From an uncultured bacterium (GTDB taxonomy: Bacteria; Bacillota_I; Bacilli_A; RF39; UBA660): a stretch of 44,081 bases of DNA. The stretch lies in the NCBI GenBank assembly GCA_949291455.1, contig CASEVQ010000006.1:1-44081 (forward strand). The letters run 5' to 3'. The notes beneath the pieces are model-generated. The model ran no database searches. It saw nothing but the letters and a program-made list of their open reading frames with translations, and was not told the origin of the DNA. Below are positions 10,360-19,730 of the stretch, piece after piece; position 1 is the first letter of the stretch; each line of letters begins with the position of its first letter. Made by a program: the position numbers and the translations under genes.

Positions 10360-11664
10360 TTAATCACTATTTTCTTTTTTTCTTTTTTTAGCACGATTTT
10401 TAATAATATTTCTATATATTGGAACTAATTTAGTAAAAACAAAATACATAAATTTATGAGTAACTAAATCAAACTCACCAATAAATTCAATATAATCACC
10501 ACCAAATTTCTTCTTAAATTCATGAAGACCTAATTTAGGATTATCTTTAGATAAATCTCCAATAGTACCAAATTGATCATATATTTTAATACCCTTATCA
10601 TAACAATATTTTATATGTTCGTAATAAGTTTTATAATTAGAATAACTATCCATTAATATGTTATGATTACCAGCATATAAAACCCATGCTTTGTCACCAT
10701 ATTCCATCACGACATGACCATTTAAAATAATTTCATCTTGGTATTTATTTAAGGCTTCTTGATATTCTTCAATATAAGAATTGAGTTTATCTAAACGTTT
10801 ATCTAACTCATTCTTTTTTGTTTTAATACTAGTGCTTAAAGATTCTCTTTTATTAATTTCCTTTAATTCTTTTTCAACTTCTTTTTTTTCATTTTCATAA
10901 ATATTAATAATTTTTTTAGGATTCACAGAACCCATAAAAAGATTCATCTTATTATCTTTATTATATATTTCATATAGAGCTTTATAATACTCTAAATCAT
11001 GAGAAACAAAATCTTTTCTATTTTCAGTTAAATCCATAAGATGACTAAAAGTTGGAATATCTTCAATAGTACCAATTCTAACATTTGTTTTTAGTTTTTC
11101 AGCTTTATTGATTCTTTGCTTAGTAGTTTTTGAAAACTTATTCTTAAGAACATCAAAAGATTCGTTCATATCAATTCTAAAAGTATATCTTGGCTGCATT
11201 GTTTCAAAATTTTTAGTAAATCCTAAATGCTTAAATCCTAATTTTAATAGTCCATTATATACTAATTTTGGATTTTTTTCTAATTTAATCTCTTCACCTA
11301 GATAGTTTTCCTTATGCCAAATAATATCAGGATCAATTTTTATAAATATAGCTCTGCGTTTTTTAGCAAATTTTTTAATATAGTTAGTAAAAACTTTTAA
11401 TAATTTAAAATCATAAAAATTAATAACAAATCCACGTGGAGAATATAAATAACAATATCCAAAAGGAAGTTTTTTTTCTAGTAATAAAGCAGAAGCTTGA
11501 ATGTTATTATTATCATCAACTAAACCAACATAATGTGGTATAAGTTTTTTTTCTTTTTTAGAAAATTCTCCCCATGCATAACTTTGCAGAAAGTGTGATT
11601 TTTCTTTATGATTTTTAACAAAATTCTCATAGCGTTCTTTATCAATATTTTCAATAAATTTCAT
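10360..11664 (-). CDS. FemAB/MurM family peptidoglycan interpeptide-bridge transferase
   Basis: HFLQSYAW, YSPRGF, KIDPD, QPR, GLHEFKKKFGG, EFIGEFDL. Confidence 0.92.
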   Translation of the reverse strand: MKFIENIDKERYENFVKNHKEKSHFLQSYAWGEFSKKEKKLIPHYVGLVDDNNNIQASALLLEKKLPFGYCYLYSPRGFVINFYDFKLLKVFTNYIKKFAKKRRAIFIKIDPDIIWHKENYLGEEIKLEKNPKLVYNGLLKLGFKHLGFTKNFETMQPRYTFRIDMNESFDVLKNKFSKTTKQRINKAEKLKTNVRIGTIEDIPTFSHLMDLTENRKDFVSHDLEYYKALYEIYNKDNKMNLFMGSVNPKKIINIYENEKKEVEKELKEINKRESLSTSIKTKKNELDKRLDKLNSYIEEYQEALNKYQDEIILNGHVVMEYGDKAWVLYAGNHNILMDSYSNYKTYYEHIKYCYDKGIKIYDQFGTIGDLSKDNPKLGLHEFKKKFGGDYIEFIGEFDLVTHKFMYFVFTKLVPIYRNIIKNRAKKRKKENSD

Positions 11665-11778
11665 ATTATCATTATCCTTAATAATAAAAGTATAATATTT
11701 AATAATATAAAAGTCAAATACAGTAATTAATAAAATTGATGAAAGTTGACTATTTGAATTTAATATAATAAAATTAGT

Positions 11779-12063
11779 TTGGTGATATTTATGAAGAAAA
11801 TATTAAATTATTTTATTGCACTATTGGTTGTTTTATTAGTCGGATTAATAGTATTAAATATAGAAAATAATTTTCAATATAACAAGAAAATAAATAATAT
11901 GGAAGAAAAGATAAAAAATATAAAAAAGGAAAATGATAGTCTTCAAAATAAGAAAAATAAAATACAAAATGAATATGATGAGCTTGAAGAAAATAAAGGA
12001 AAGGAAATAGAGGAGTATAAAAAATGGCAGTTAAAAGTAGAGAAATTAAAAGAATTACTATAA
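11779..12063 (+). CDS. Small membrane-anchored coiled-coil protein
   Basis: N-terminal TM followed by a heptad-rich segment; overlaps the next gene. Confidence 0.65.
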   Translation: MVIFMKKILNYFIALLVVLLVGLIVLNIENNFQYNKKINNMEEKIKNIKKENDSLQNKKNKIQNEYDELEENKGKEIEEYKKWQLKVEKLKELL

Positions 12064-12944
12064 TACTTATTTTAATTATATTGGTTATAGTTAATATAAT
12101 GATTTACTTAGAAAGCAAAAGCTTAAATGATAAATATAAAAACTATAGCGAAGAATATCTTAATTTAAAAAAAGAAAATAAAGAAATTAATAAACAATTA
12201 TTTAATTTAAATAATGAATTAGACACTATTAAAAATATAGAACAAAAGACAAAAAATATAAAAAAAGAATATTTTGGCAATATAAAAATATTAGAAGACA
12301 AAATATTAAATAATCAGTCTAAACAAAAAATAGCCTATTTAACATTTGATGACGGTCCTTACTATAATACATATAAAATATTAGATATTTTAGATCAATA
12401 TGATGTTAAAGCAACTTTTTTTACTACTAACATTAATGGTGAAACCTGTTATGATAATAAACAAGCAAATTGTCATTTAATGTATCAAGAATATTTAAAA
12501 AGAGGTCATACCATTGCAAATCATACTTATTCTCATGGAATAAAAAGAGGACTATACAATAGTGAAAAAACTTTTATTGATTCAGTAAAGAAACAAGAAG
12601 ACCTTATAAATAGTCAAACTGGATATATAACAAATATTGTAAGATTTCCTGGTGGGAGTGCAACTGCTGGGAAATTAAAAAATTCAATAATTGAAGAATT
12701 AAGAAAAAATAATTATGGTTGGGTTGATTGGACCGCTCAGGATGGAGATGGAGGAAGTTTATCTTCTAAAGAGCAAGCTTGGCAGATATTTACAAATTCA
12801 ATAGATAGTAATATTGAAGTTATTTTATTACATGATTACAATGGCATAACTACTTCTATTCTGCCAGATATTATTCAATATTTAAAAGATAATAATTATC
12901 TTCTATTACCTCTTTTTTATGAGAGTAATATGGTAAATAAATAA
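12024..12944 (+). CDS. Polysaccharide (peptidoglycan) deacetylase, NodB/CE4 family
   Basis: YLTFDDGP, ATFF, HTIANHTYSH, RFPGGS, ILLHD; N-terminal TM plus coiled coil. Confidence 0.92.
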   Translation: MAVKSREIKRITIILILIILVIVNIMIYLESKSLNDKYKNYSEEYLNLKKENKEINKQLFNLNNELDTIKNIEQKTKNIKKEYFGNIKILEDKILNNQSKQKIAYLTFDDGPYYNTYKILDILDQYDVKATFFTTNINGETCYDNKQANCHLMYQEYLKRGHTIANHTYSHGIKRGLYNSEKTFIDSVKKQEDLINSQTGYITNIVRFPGGSATAGKLKNSIIEELRKNNYGWVDWTAQDGDGGSLSSKEQAWQIFTNSIDSNIEVILLHDYNGITTSILPDIIQYLKDNNYLLLPLFYESNMVNK

Positions 12945-12948
12945 AAAA

Positions 12949-12965
12949 AATCCTTTTAAAGGATT
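12949..12965. terminator. Putative terminator between convergent genes
   Basis: Inverted repeat AATCCTTT-T-AAAGGATT preceded by an A-run (U-tract on the minus strand). Confidence 0.6.
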
Positions 12966-12972
12966 AACCATT

Positions 12973-13782
12973 TTATCCGAGTGCTACGTCCAAAATCATC
13001 ATTACTGAAAAACCTATTAAAGTGAAGAGTGCCATTTTCTCTTTTTTTTCATTTGCCTGACTAGCTGGAATTAATTCTTGGACAACTACATATATCATAG
13101 CACCAGCAGCAAAAGCTAATAAAAATGGTAAAATAAATCTAATTTTTAAAACTAGTAATGCTCCAATAACTCCAGAAATAGGTTCGACAATACCACTTAA
13201 TTGTCCCCAAAAAAATGCTTGTTTTCGAGAAAATCCTTCACGCCTAAGTGGGACACTTACTGCTGTACCTTCTGGAAAGTTTTGTAGACCAATACCTAAT
13301 GCTAAAATAGAAGCCGAAGCAACAGTAGCACCCTCTAAACCATAAAAAATAGAACCAAATGCAACTCCAACTGCAAGACCTTCTGGAATATTATGCAATG
13401 TAATTGAAAAAATTAGCATTAGAACACGTTTAAAACTGCTATTGTCTTTTTTATTATTTTTAGATAATTTGCTATCAAAATAATCAAAAATTCTATCGCC
13501 TAAAAATAACAATAATCCACCAGCAAAGAAACCAGCAAAAACGACTAACCATGAAACCATTTTTAAATTTTCTGCCATTTCTATTGCAGGTGATAATAGT
13601 GACCAGAAAGATGCAGCAATCATAACACCAGCAGCAAAGCCTAACATACCATCCATAATATTTTTATTGACTTTTTTGAAAAAAAATACTAAAGCAGCGC
13701 CTAATAACGTTATTCCCCATGTAGAGCAAGTTGCAATTAATGCCTGAATAATGGGATTTAAATTATTAAAAAAATCTATCAT
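12973..13782 (-). CDS. ZIP family divalent metal transporter (ZupT/GufA-like)
   Basis: GFAAGVMIAASFWSLL, ITLHNIPEGLAVGV, QNFPEG, AGAMIYVVVQELIP. Confidence 0.93.
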   Translation of the reverse strand: MIDFFNNLNPIIQALIATCSTWGITLLGAALVFFFKKVNKNIMDGMLGFAAGVMIAASFWSLLSPAIEMAENLKMVSWLVVFAGFFAGGLLLFLGDRIFDYFDSKLSKNNKKDNSSFKRVLMLIFSITLHNIPEGLAVGVAFGSIFYGLEGATVASASILALGIGLQNFPEGTAVSVPLRREGFSRKQAFFWGQLSGIVEPISGVIGALLVLKIRFILPFLLAFAAGAMIYVVVQELIPASQANEKKEKMALFTLIGFSVMMILDVALG

Positions 13783-13876
13783 ATATACTCCTTACCTGTA
13801 TTTATCGTATGTTTTTTAATTATCTATGTATAGGCTAATAACTAAGAAGGTTATAATTTAATTTAAGGTTTATATG

Positions 13877-13905
13877 ACAATATTATTAAGCTAACATATT
13901 ATAAT
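13877..13905 (+). promoter_or_regulatory. Putative promoter of the amidase gene (sigma-K-like; overlapping TATAAT)
   Basis: AC(13877-78)-N16-CATATTATA(13895-13903) fits AC-N16-CATANNNTA. TATAAT at 13900-13905 allows a sigma-A reading, and the AT-rich background weakens the match. Confidence 0.35.
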
Positions 13906-13921
13906 ATAGAGGAGTGATATT

Positions 13922-14212
13922 TTGAGCAATAATAATTTTAGGGCAACTAAAAAAGTAGTAGTAGATGCTGGGCACGGTGGTAGCGACCCAGGTGCTATTA
14001 ACGGAAATGTGTATGAAAAAGATTTCAATTTAGAAGTTGCTAATTATATTTATAATCGTTTGAAAGAGTTAGGTGTTCCTGTTTATATCACAAGAGACAC
14101 AGATGAAACTCTGGATAGAAATGAAAGAGTAAGTAGAATTTTAAATGCTTTTGGAAATAATAGTGATGTTATCGTGTTATCTAATCACATAAATGCAGGA
14201 GGTGGCGAAGGT
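13922..14212 (+). CDS. N-acetylmuramoyl-L-alanine amidase (Amidase_3), 5' part of interrupted gene
   Basis: VVVDAGHGGSDPGA, EKDFNL, TRDTD, SNHINAGGGEG. Similarity ends exactly at the 14-bp repeat; the ORF then runs 12 foreign codons to a stop at 14251. Confidence 0.93.
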
Positions 14213-14223
14213 CAAAGTGTAAC
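14199..14223 (+). repeat. attL: 14-bp core GAGGTGGCGAAGGT (14199-14212) plus arm CAAAGTGTAAC
   Basis: Core identical to 31527-31540; GTGTAAC is the reverse complement of GTTACAC at 31508-31514. Confidence 0.92.
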
Positions 14224-14276
14224 AAATAAATGTATAACAATTAAAGCCTAAATATAAAAAGAAATGAGGAAATGTT

Positions 14277-14627
14277 ATGAATATTAGTTACACTAGAAAA
14301 GGTGATTATTTATTACCTAATTTGATATTAGAAAATAAAGAACAATATAATATAAGAAAATATGGGTTATTAAGATTAAATTATATTAAAAATAATAAGA
14401 AAAGTTTATATATTAAATTACTTATGAATGATGAATTAAATAAATATTTACATGATATAGATGAATTAGTAGAAGATAAAGTAAACGAATTAATAAAGTT
14501 ACTAGCTGAAAAAGAAAATATAAATGAAAAAATGAAATGTAATCAACAATTACTGTGGATAAAAAATATGAATAATATAAAAAATAGAGCTGAAGAAATT
14601 ATATTAAAGGAGTATATCTATGTGTGA
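14277..14627 (+). CDS. tnpV: TnpV family protein (Tn4451-type)
   Basis: SYTRKGDYLLPNL, KYGLLR, WIKNMNNIKNRAEEII..EYIY signature. Confidence 0.88.
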   Translation: MNISYTRKGDYLLPNLILENKEQYNIRKYGLLRLNYIKNNKKSLYIKLLMNDELNKYLHDIDELVEDKVNELIKLLAEKENINEKMKCNQQLLWIKNMNNIKNRAEEIILKEYIYV

Positions 14628-14919
14628 TATAACAGAAAAAGAATGGAATCAGAAATATCTACCTTTTTATAATAATTTTAGTAAGTATATGATTAATTAT
14701 ATTATTCCTGATGTAGTAGCATTTTATATAGCAAATAGTTATAATAGAAAATGTTTATGTGATTCACCACTTTATAATCATATTAATTCTGCAAAAGATG
14801 TATTTAATATAAACTGTGATACTAAAAAATTAATACCTAAAATAGAACAAATATTAAGAATAAAATATAATCTAAAAATAGTAAATAATAATCCATTAAA
14901 ATTAAAAAGATATTATTAA
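14620..14919 (+). CDS. Hypothetical protein
   Basis: AAGGAG RBS, overlaps the tnpV stop, followed by a terminator. Confidence 0.65.
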   Translation: MCDITEKEWNQKYLPFYNNFSKYMINYIIPDVVAFYIANSYNRKCLCDSPLYNHINSAKDVFNINCDTKKLIPKIEQILRIKYNLKIVNNNPLKLKRYY

Positions 14920-14926
14920 AGGGATA

Positions 14927-14957
14927 AACACTATCTGAAATATGGTAGTGTTTTTTG
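14927..14957 (+). terminator. Intrinsic terminator
   Basis: Hairpin AAACACTATC/GGTAGTGTTT followed by a T-run. Confidence 0.65.
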
Positions 14958-15142
14958 TTTATGTGATTATTTTTCTTGTCTAGCCAGCACTGAATTTGTA
15001 CTCCCGTACGAAAATCTTTAGTGGGAAATATCCCAAACCCTATCATTACTATTACAAAAATTGAAAATCTATAAGTAAATCAATCATAAAATCCAAAAAT
15101 TGACAAAATATATGGTATAATTATACAAGGAGATTACTTGTA

Positions 15143-15373
15143 ATGGAGTGTGAGTACATGAATGATAAATTAATTGAATTATTAAATATGTCTTCTACAG
15201 AATTATTAAATGAGATAGCAAAACAAAATTATAATATGAAAGAGCTAGAGACCTTTAACAAAGGAAAAGAATTGGTTGATAAACTTTCGGAATTAAATAG
15301 TGAAGAATCTTATAGAAAAGTTTCAATAGGTGTAATAGCTTATATTTTATATAAAAGAAATGGTGGTAAGTAA
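15143..15373 (+). CDS. Small hypothetical protein leading the hsd operon
   Basis: Preceded by extended -10 TGGTATAAT (15113-15121); stop abuts hsdM. Confidence 0.6.
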   Translation: MECEYMNDKLIELLNMSSTELLNEIAKQNYNMKELETFNKGKELVDKLSELNSEESYRKVSIGVIAYILYKRNGGK

Positions 15374-16874
15374 AATGGGAAAAGATATGCAAGAGATGGA
15401 AAAAACATTATGGGCAGCTGCCGATAAAATGATAGGTGGTTTGTCTGTATCAAATTATAAATTTGTAGTATTAGGTATAATATTTTTAAAATACATTTCT
15501 GATAGTTTTGAAGAAAAGTATAATGAACTTGTAAAAGAAGGTTATGGCTTAGAAGAAGTAAGAGATGCTTATGAAGAAGATAATATATTTTTTGTCCCTG
15601 AAAAAGCAAGATGGTCTTTTTTAGTAGCACATTCTAAAGATTATAATATTGGAGAAATATTAGATAATGCTTTAGGTTTAATTGAAAAAGAGAACTCTTC
15701 TTTAAAAGGTGTATTATTTAAAATTTACAATAGTCCAGATTTTAGGAATGTTAATCTTGGAGAAATAATTGATTTGTTTACTAATATGAATTTAGGGACT
15801 AAAGAAGCATCAGAAAAAGATATGCTAGGAAGAGTATATGAATATTTCTTAGCTCAATTTGCATCTAAGGATGGTCAAAAAGGTGGAGAATTTTATACAC
15901 CAGCTTGTATAGTTAAAACAATGGTAGAAATGATAGAACCATATAGTGGTAGAGTATATGATCCAGCATGTGGTTCAGGTGGAATGTTTGTTCAATCATT
16001 AAAATTTATAGAGAATCATCAAGGTAATGTTAGAAATGTTTCTATATACGGTCAAGAAAAAAATCCTACAACTTGGAAATTAGCTAAAATGAATTTAGCA
16101 ATTAGATCAATTGATGGAGATTTAGGAAAATTTGCGGCAGATACATTCCATGAAGATTTACATAAAGATTTAAAAGCAGATTATATATTAGCAAATCCAC
16201 CATTTAACATAAGTGACTGGGGTCAAGAAAAACTAGTTGATGATTATAGATGGAAATACGGGGTTCCACCAAAAGGAAATGCAAACTATGCTTGGTTACA
16301 ACATATGATATCTAAGTTATCAGTAAATGGTAAAGCAGCTATAATTCTTGCTAATGGGTCTCTTTCAGCAGGTGGACAAGAAGGAGAAATCAGAAAAAAC
16401 ATTATTGAAGCAGATTTAGTTGATTGTATAGTAGCAATGCCATCTAATTTATTTTATACAGTAACTATTCCTTGCTCAGTTTGGATAATAAATAGAAATA
16501 AAAAACAAAAAAGGAATACTTTATTTATAAATGCTTCAAATATGGGGACTATGGTTACAAGAAAATTGAGAGAATTAACAGAAGAAGATATTTATAAAAT
16601 AGCGGATACATATCATAATTATCAAAATAATATAAATTATGATGACGTTTTAGGATATTGTAAGAAATCTACAATAGATGAAATTAAATTAAATAATTAT
16701 ATCTTAACTCCAGGAAGATATGTAGGCACTGAAAAGATTGAAGATGATGGTATTCCATTTGAAGAAAAAATAAAAACTTTATCAGAAAAATTGAAAAATC
16801 AAATACAAGAATCTAAGGAATTAGATGAAAAAATAAAAATTATATTGGAAAATATACTTAATGAAAAGAAATAA
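15360..16874 (+). CDS. hsdM: Type I restriction-modification methyltransferase subunit (probable start 15375)
   Basis: LWAAAD, FLKYISD, GEFYTP, YDPACGSGG (motif I), ANPPFN (motif IV). Confidence 0.97.
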   Translation: MVVSKMGKDMQEMEKTLWAAADKMIGGLSVSNYKFVVLGIIFLKYISDSFEEKYNELVKEGYGLEEVRDAYEEDNIFFVPEKARWSFLVAHSKDYNIGEILDNALGLIEKENSSLKGVLFKIYNSPDFRNVNLGEIIDLFTNMNLGTKEASEKDMLGRVYEYFLAQFASKDGQKGGEFYTPACIVKTMVEMIEPYSGRVYDPACGSGGMFVQSLKFIENHQGNVRNVSIYGQEKNPTTWKLAKMNLAIRSIDGDLGKFAADTFHEDLHKDLKADYILANPPFNISDWGQEKLVDDYRWKYGVPPKGNANYAWLQHMISKLSVNGKAAIILANGSLSAGGQEGEIRKNIIEADLVDCIVAMPSNLFYTVTIPCSVWIINRNKKQKRNTLFINASNMGTMVTRKLRELTEEDIYKIADTYHNYQNNINYDDVLGYCKKSTIDEIKLNNYILTPGRYVGTEKIEDDGIPFEEKIKTLSEKLKNQIQESKELDEKIKIILENILNEKK

Positions 16875-17829
16875 AAAAAGTAATAAAATATTGTTGTTTT
16901 TTGATACAAACATATTGTATGATACAACAGAAAATTGTACAAAATTTGATTTTGGTAATATTTATGATAGAGTGAAAGAATATATTAAGATTAATAACTA
17001 TGACAAATTTAAAATAGTAATCCCGAGAATTGTTATAGAAGAATTAACTAAACATAAAATTGAGAACTTTAATTTAAAAAATGATTTTATAGAAGGTAAA
17101 TCCAAAGAAAAGGGTTCAGAAAATTTTCATGAATTTATTAGACAATTAGGCTATGAATGTAAAATTATAAAAAATAACTATAAAAATGAAAAAGAATATA
17201 AAAACTATATAAGAAGAATTAGAGATGAATATGTAAGGAGCGAAAAAGAAAATTTTGAAATAGCCGAATTTAGTAATATTGTTAATATGAATACAATCGT
17301 TAGATGTGCAATTAATAAGAAAAAACCTTTCTTTAAAGGACATTACAATCAAAAAGAATTTAGTGATGCTGGATTTAAAGATGCTATTTTTATAGAAAGT
17401 ATAAAAAAATATCTGCAATTTCAAAATTGTGATTATATTATTTTTACGAACGACAAATATATATTAGAGATAAATATCAATAAATTGATTAATAACCGCA
17501 ATGGTGAAATTAAAGATATAGTAGATGGAGATACTGTAATTCAATATTTAACTGATAAGTATGGTTTAAAAGATTACTCTGAATTTATTAAATTCATTGA
17601 TAGTGAGTATTTTGATAATACCGTAAATGAAGCGTTTAATTGTGAAATATTAAAAAAGACTTATGGGTTAATAGAGGATAAAGATGAATATGACAATATT
17701 TTATATGGAATAAGCTTGAGAATATTAAAAGATAATACTGAAATGGAAATAATTGTTTATATTGACGAAAATAAAAACTTTATAGAAATTTATGATAAAG
17801 AAAATCAAGAATTGATTTTTTCTTGGTAG
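16861..17829 (+). CDS. PIN-domain protein (DUF4935/PIN_8-like putative ribonuclease)
   Basis: Acidic PIN motifs FFDTNIL, IPRIVIEEL, GFKDAIFIES, FTND; overlaps the hsdM end. Confidence 0.8.
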   Translation: MKRNKKSNKILLFFDTNILYDTTENCTKFDFGNIYDRVKEYIKINNYDKFKIVIPRIVIEELTKHKIENFNLKNDFIEGKSKEKGSENFHEFIRQLGYECKIIKNNYKNEKEYKNYIRRIRDEYVRSEKENFEIAEFSNIVNMNTIVRCAINKKKPFFKGHYNQKEFSDAGFKDAIFIESIKKYLQFQNCDYIIFTNDKYILEININKLINNRNGEIKDIVDGDTVIQYLTDKYGLKDYSEFIKFIDSEYFDNTVNEAFNCEILKKTYGLIEDKDEYDNILYGISLRILKDNTEMEIIVYIDENKNFIEIYDKENQELIFSW

Positions 17830-17841
17830 AAAGGAGTAAAT

Positions 17842-19023
17842 ATGAAATTAAAGGAATTATGCAATGTTACTTCTAGTAAAAGAATATTTGCATCTCAGTA
17901 TCAAAATAGTGGTATACCTTTTTATAGGGGAAAAGAGATTTCTCTATTAAGTAATAATGAGAAAATAGAACAAGAGTTGTATATTAGCGAAGCATTATAT
18001 CAAGAAATTAATAAAAAATATGGAGTACCTAAAAAAGATGATATATTAATGACAGCAGTAGGGACTATTGGAAATTGTTATATTGTAAAAGATGAAAAAA
18101 TTTATTTTAAAGATGGAAATATTATTTGGTTAAAGGATATTGACAGCAAAAAAATTTTACCTAAATATTTATATTATTATTTAAATTTAAATAGTACCAA
18201 AAACACAATTGATTCATTACTAATTGGGTCAACTCAGAAAGCATTAACTATAGAAAGTTTTAAAAATGTTGAAATCGATGTACCAAATATAGAAATTCAA
18301 TCTAAAATAGTTAAATTATTAAATATTTTGAGTAATAAAATAAGATTAAATACTGATGTAAATAATAATTTGTATGAAATAGGTAAAACATTATTTGAAA
18401 ATCTATTTGAACTAGAAAATTTTGAAAATAAAAATCTGAATGATGTATGTGATGAAATAACAAGGGGATACACAAAAAATTATGTTGAAAAAAGTAATAT
18501 TATTAACTTAAATCAAAAAGTTAACAAAGGGAAAACTTTGGAAAAACAATATTTTAAATATTTAGATGAAAAGCAAGAAATTCCCGTAAATAGATTTGTT
18601 AAAAAGAATGATATTTTATTAAATTCTTTAGGACAAGGAACTCTAGGTAGAGTTCATCTATTCTTAGAGAATACTGACAATGTTGTAGTTGATCAACATA
18701 TAACAATAATTAGAACAGATAATAATATAATAAATCCCTATTATCTATATTATTTATTAGTTTCTAAAAAATACCAAGATAAATTAGTGGAATTAGTAAC
18801 TGGAACAACTGGAATGCAGATGTTAAATATTTCAGCAATCAGAGAGTTAAAAATTCCGATTCCTATGAAAAAAAACAGTGATAACTTTGAAAAAAATGTA
18901 AAATTGATATTTGAAAAAATAAATATTAATAATTTAGAAAATGAAAATTTAATAAAACTACAAGACACATTACTACCGAAGTTAATGAATGGAGAAGTTA
19001 ATATAGATAATGTAGAAATTTAG
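17842..19023 (+). CDS. hsdS: Type I RM specificity subunit
   Basis: Two TRDs with conserved regions (P.IEIQSKIV; C-terminal LQDTLLPKLMNGE). Confidence 0.95.
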   Translation: MKLKELCNVTSSKRIFASQYQNSGIPFYRGKEISLLSNNEKIEQELYISEALYQEINKKYGVPKKDDILMTAVGTIGNCYIVKDEKIYFKDGNIIWLKDIDSKKILPKYLYYYLNLNSTKNTIDSLLIGSTQKALTIESFKNVEIDVPNIEIQSKIVKLLNILSNKIRLNTDVNNNLYEIGKTLFENLFELENFENKNLNDVCDEITRGYTKNYVEKSNIINLNQKVNKGKTLEKQYFKYLDEKQEIPVNRFVKKNDILLNSLGQGTLGRVHLFLENTDNVVVDQHITIIRTDNNIINPYYLYYLLVSKKYQDKLVELVTGTTGMQMLNISAIRELKIPIPMKKNSDNFEKNVKLIFEKININNLENENLIKLQDTLLPKLMNGEVNIDNVEI

Positions 19024-19064
19024 TCATACAAATAGTTGTTTGCATACTAAAGGAGGATAAAATA

Positions 19065-19715
19065 GTGAATGTTATTGATATTTTAAAAGAAAATATTTTT
19101 TCTGTTATTACTGCTATAGTTGCAATAATAGCGATATTTCAAGCATCGCAACAATTAAAAATGAGTAACAAGCAATTTCTATTTAATAAAAGAATAGAAA
19201 ACTACTTAATTTTTTATGGGATTTATGAGTTGTATATGGATAATATAAAATTATTAGATTATAGTGATGAAAAAAGTGATGAAGCTATAATAGTGGATAT
19301 TCAGTTTTCTCAGTTAACTAATAATTCTTATTTAAAAGATATTACAAAAATAATAAATAATCCTAAAAATAATGATTACAAAACAGAATTTTGAATAAAA
19401 CTTGAAGATATGAAAAGAGTTGCAACTGAAATTTCATTTTTATTTAAAAATAAATATGGTTTAGCGTTACATGATTTTATTGTTTGTTATCAAAATGTAT
19501 TATTGGAAATGTATAAATACCAGATATTATCTGATATGATGCGTAATAATAAACAATTTTTTAATAAAAAAACATATAAAGAGTTACAAAAAGAATATGG
19601 CGAACTAAATCACAGAACTGAATTATATAAATCTTTTGATAAATTAAAAGCTAGTTATAATAAAATAATTGATGAAAAAATTATTGATAAAATAAAGAAG
19701 GAAATGAGATTGTAA
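19065..19715 (+). pseudogene. N-terminal-TM hypothetical gene broken by one in-frame TGA (19392-19394)
   Basis: ORFs 19065-19394 and 19410-19715 share a frame (TTT TGA ATA AAA CTT GAA GAT ATG). Strong AAGGAGG RBS only before the first. Confidence 0.75.
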
Positions 19716-19730
19716 AGGTAGTGATAAATA

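Noticed and set aside
13922-14251. Complete 109-aa amidase
   Set aside because: It lacks the C-terminal catalytic half, and the last 12 residues come from the element.
15100-15121. Canonical TTGACA/TATAAT promoter
   Set aside because: The spacer is only 10 bp; only the extended -10 is credible.
17842-19023. Phase-variable hsdS shufflon driven by the recombinase
   Set aside because: There is only one hsdS, with no silent TRD copies or flanking inverted repeats; the recombinase is explained by the att sites.
19392-19394. UGA=Trp recoding (genetic code 4) or suppression by the island tRNA
   Set aside because: TGA serves as the normal stop of tsaE, the recombinase and other genes, conserved Trp residues use TGG, and both tRNA-Trp anticodons are CCA.
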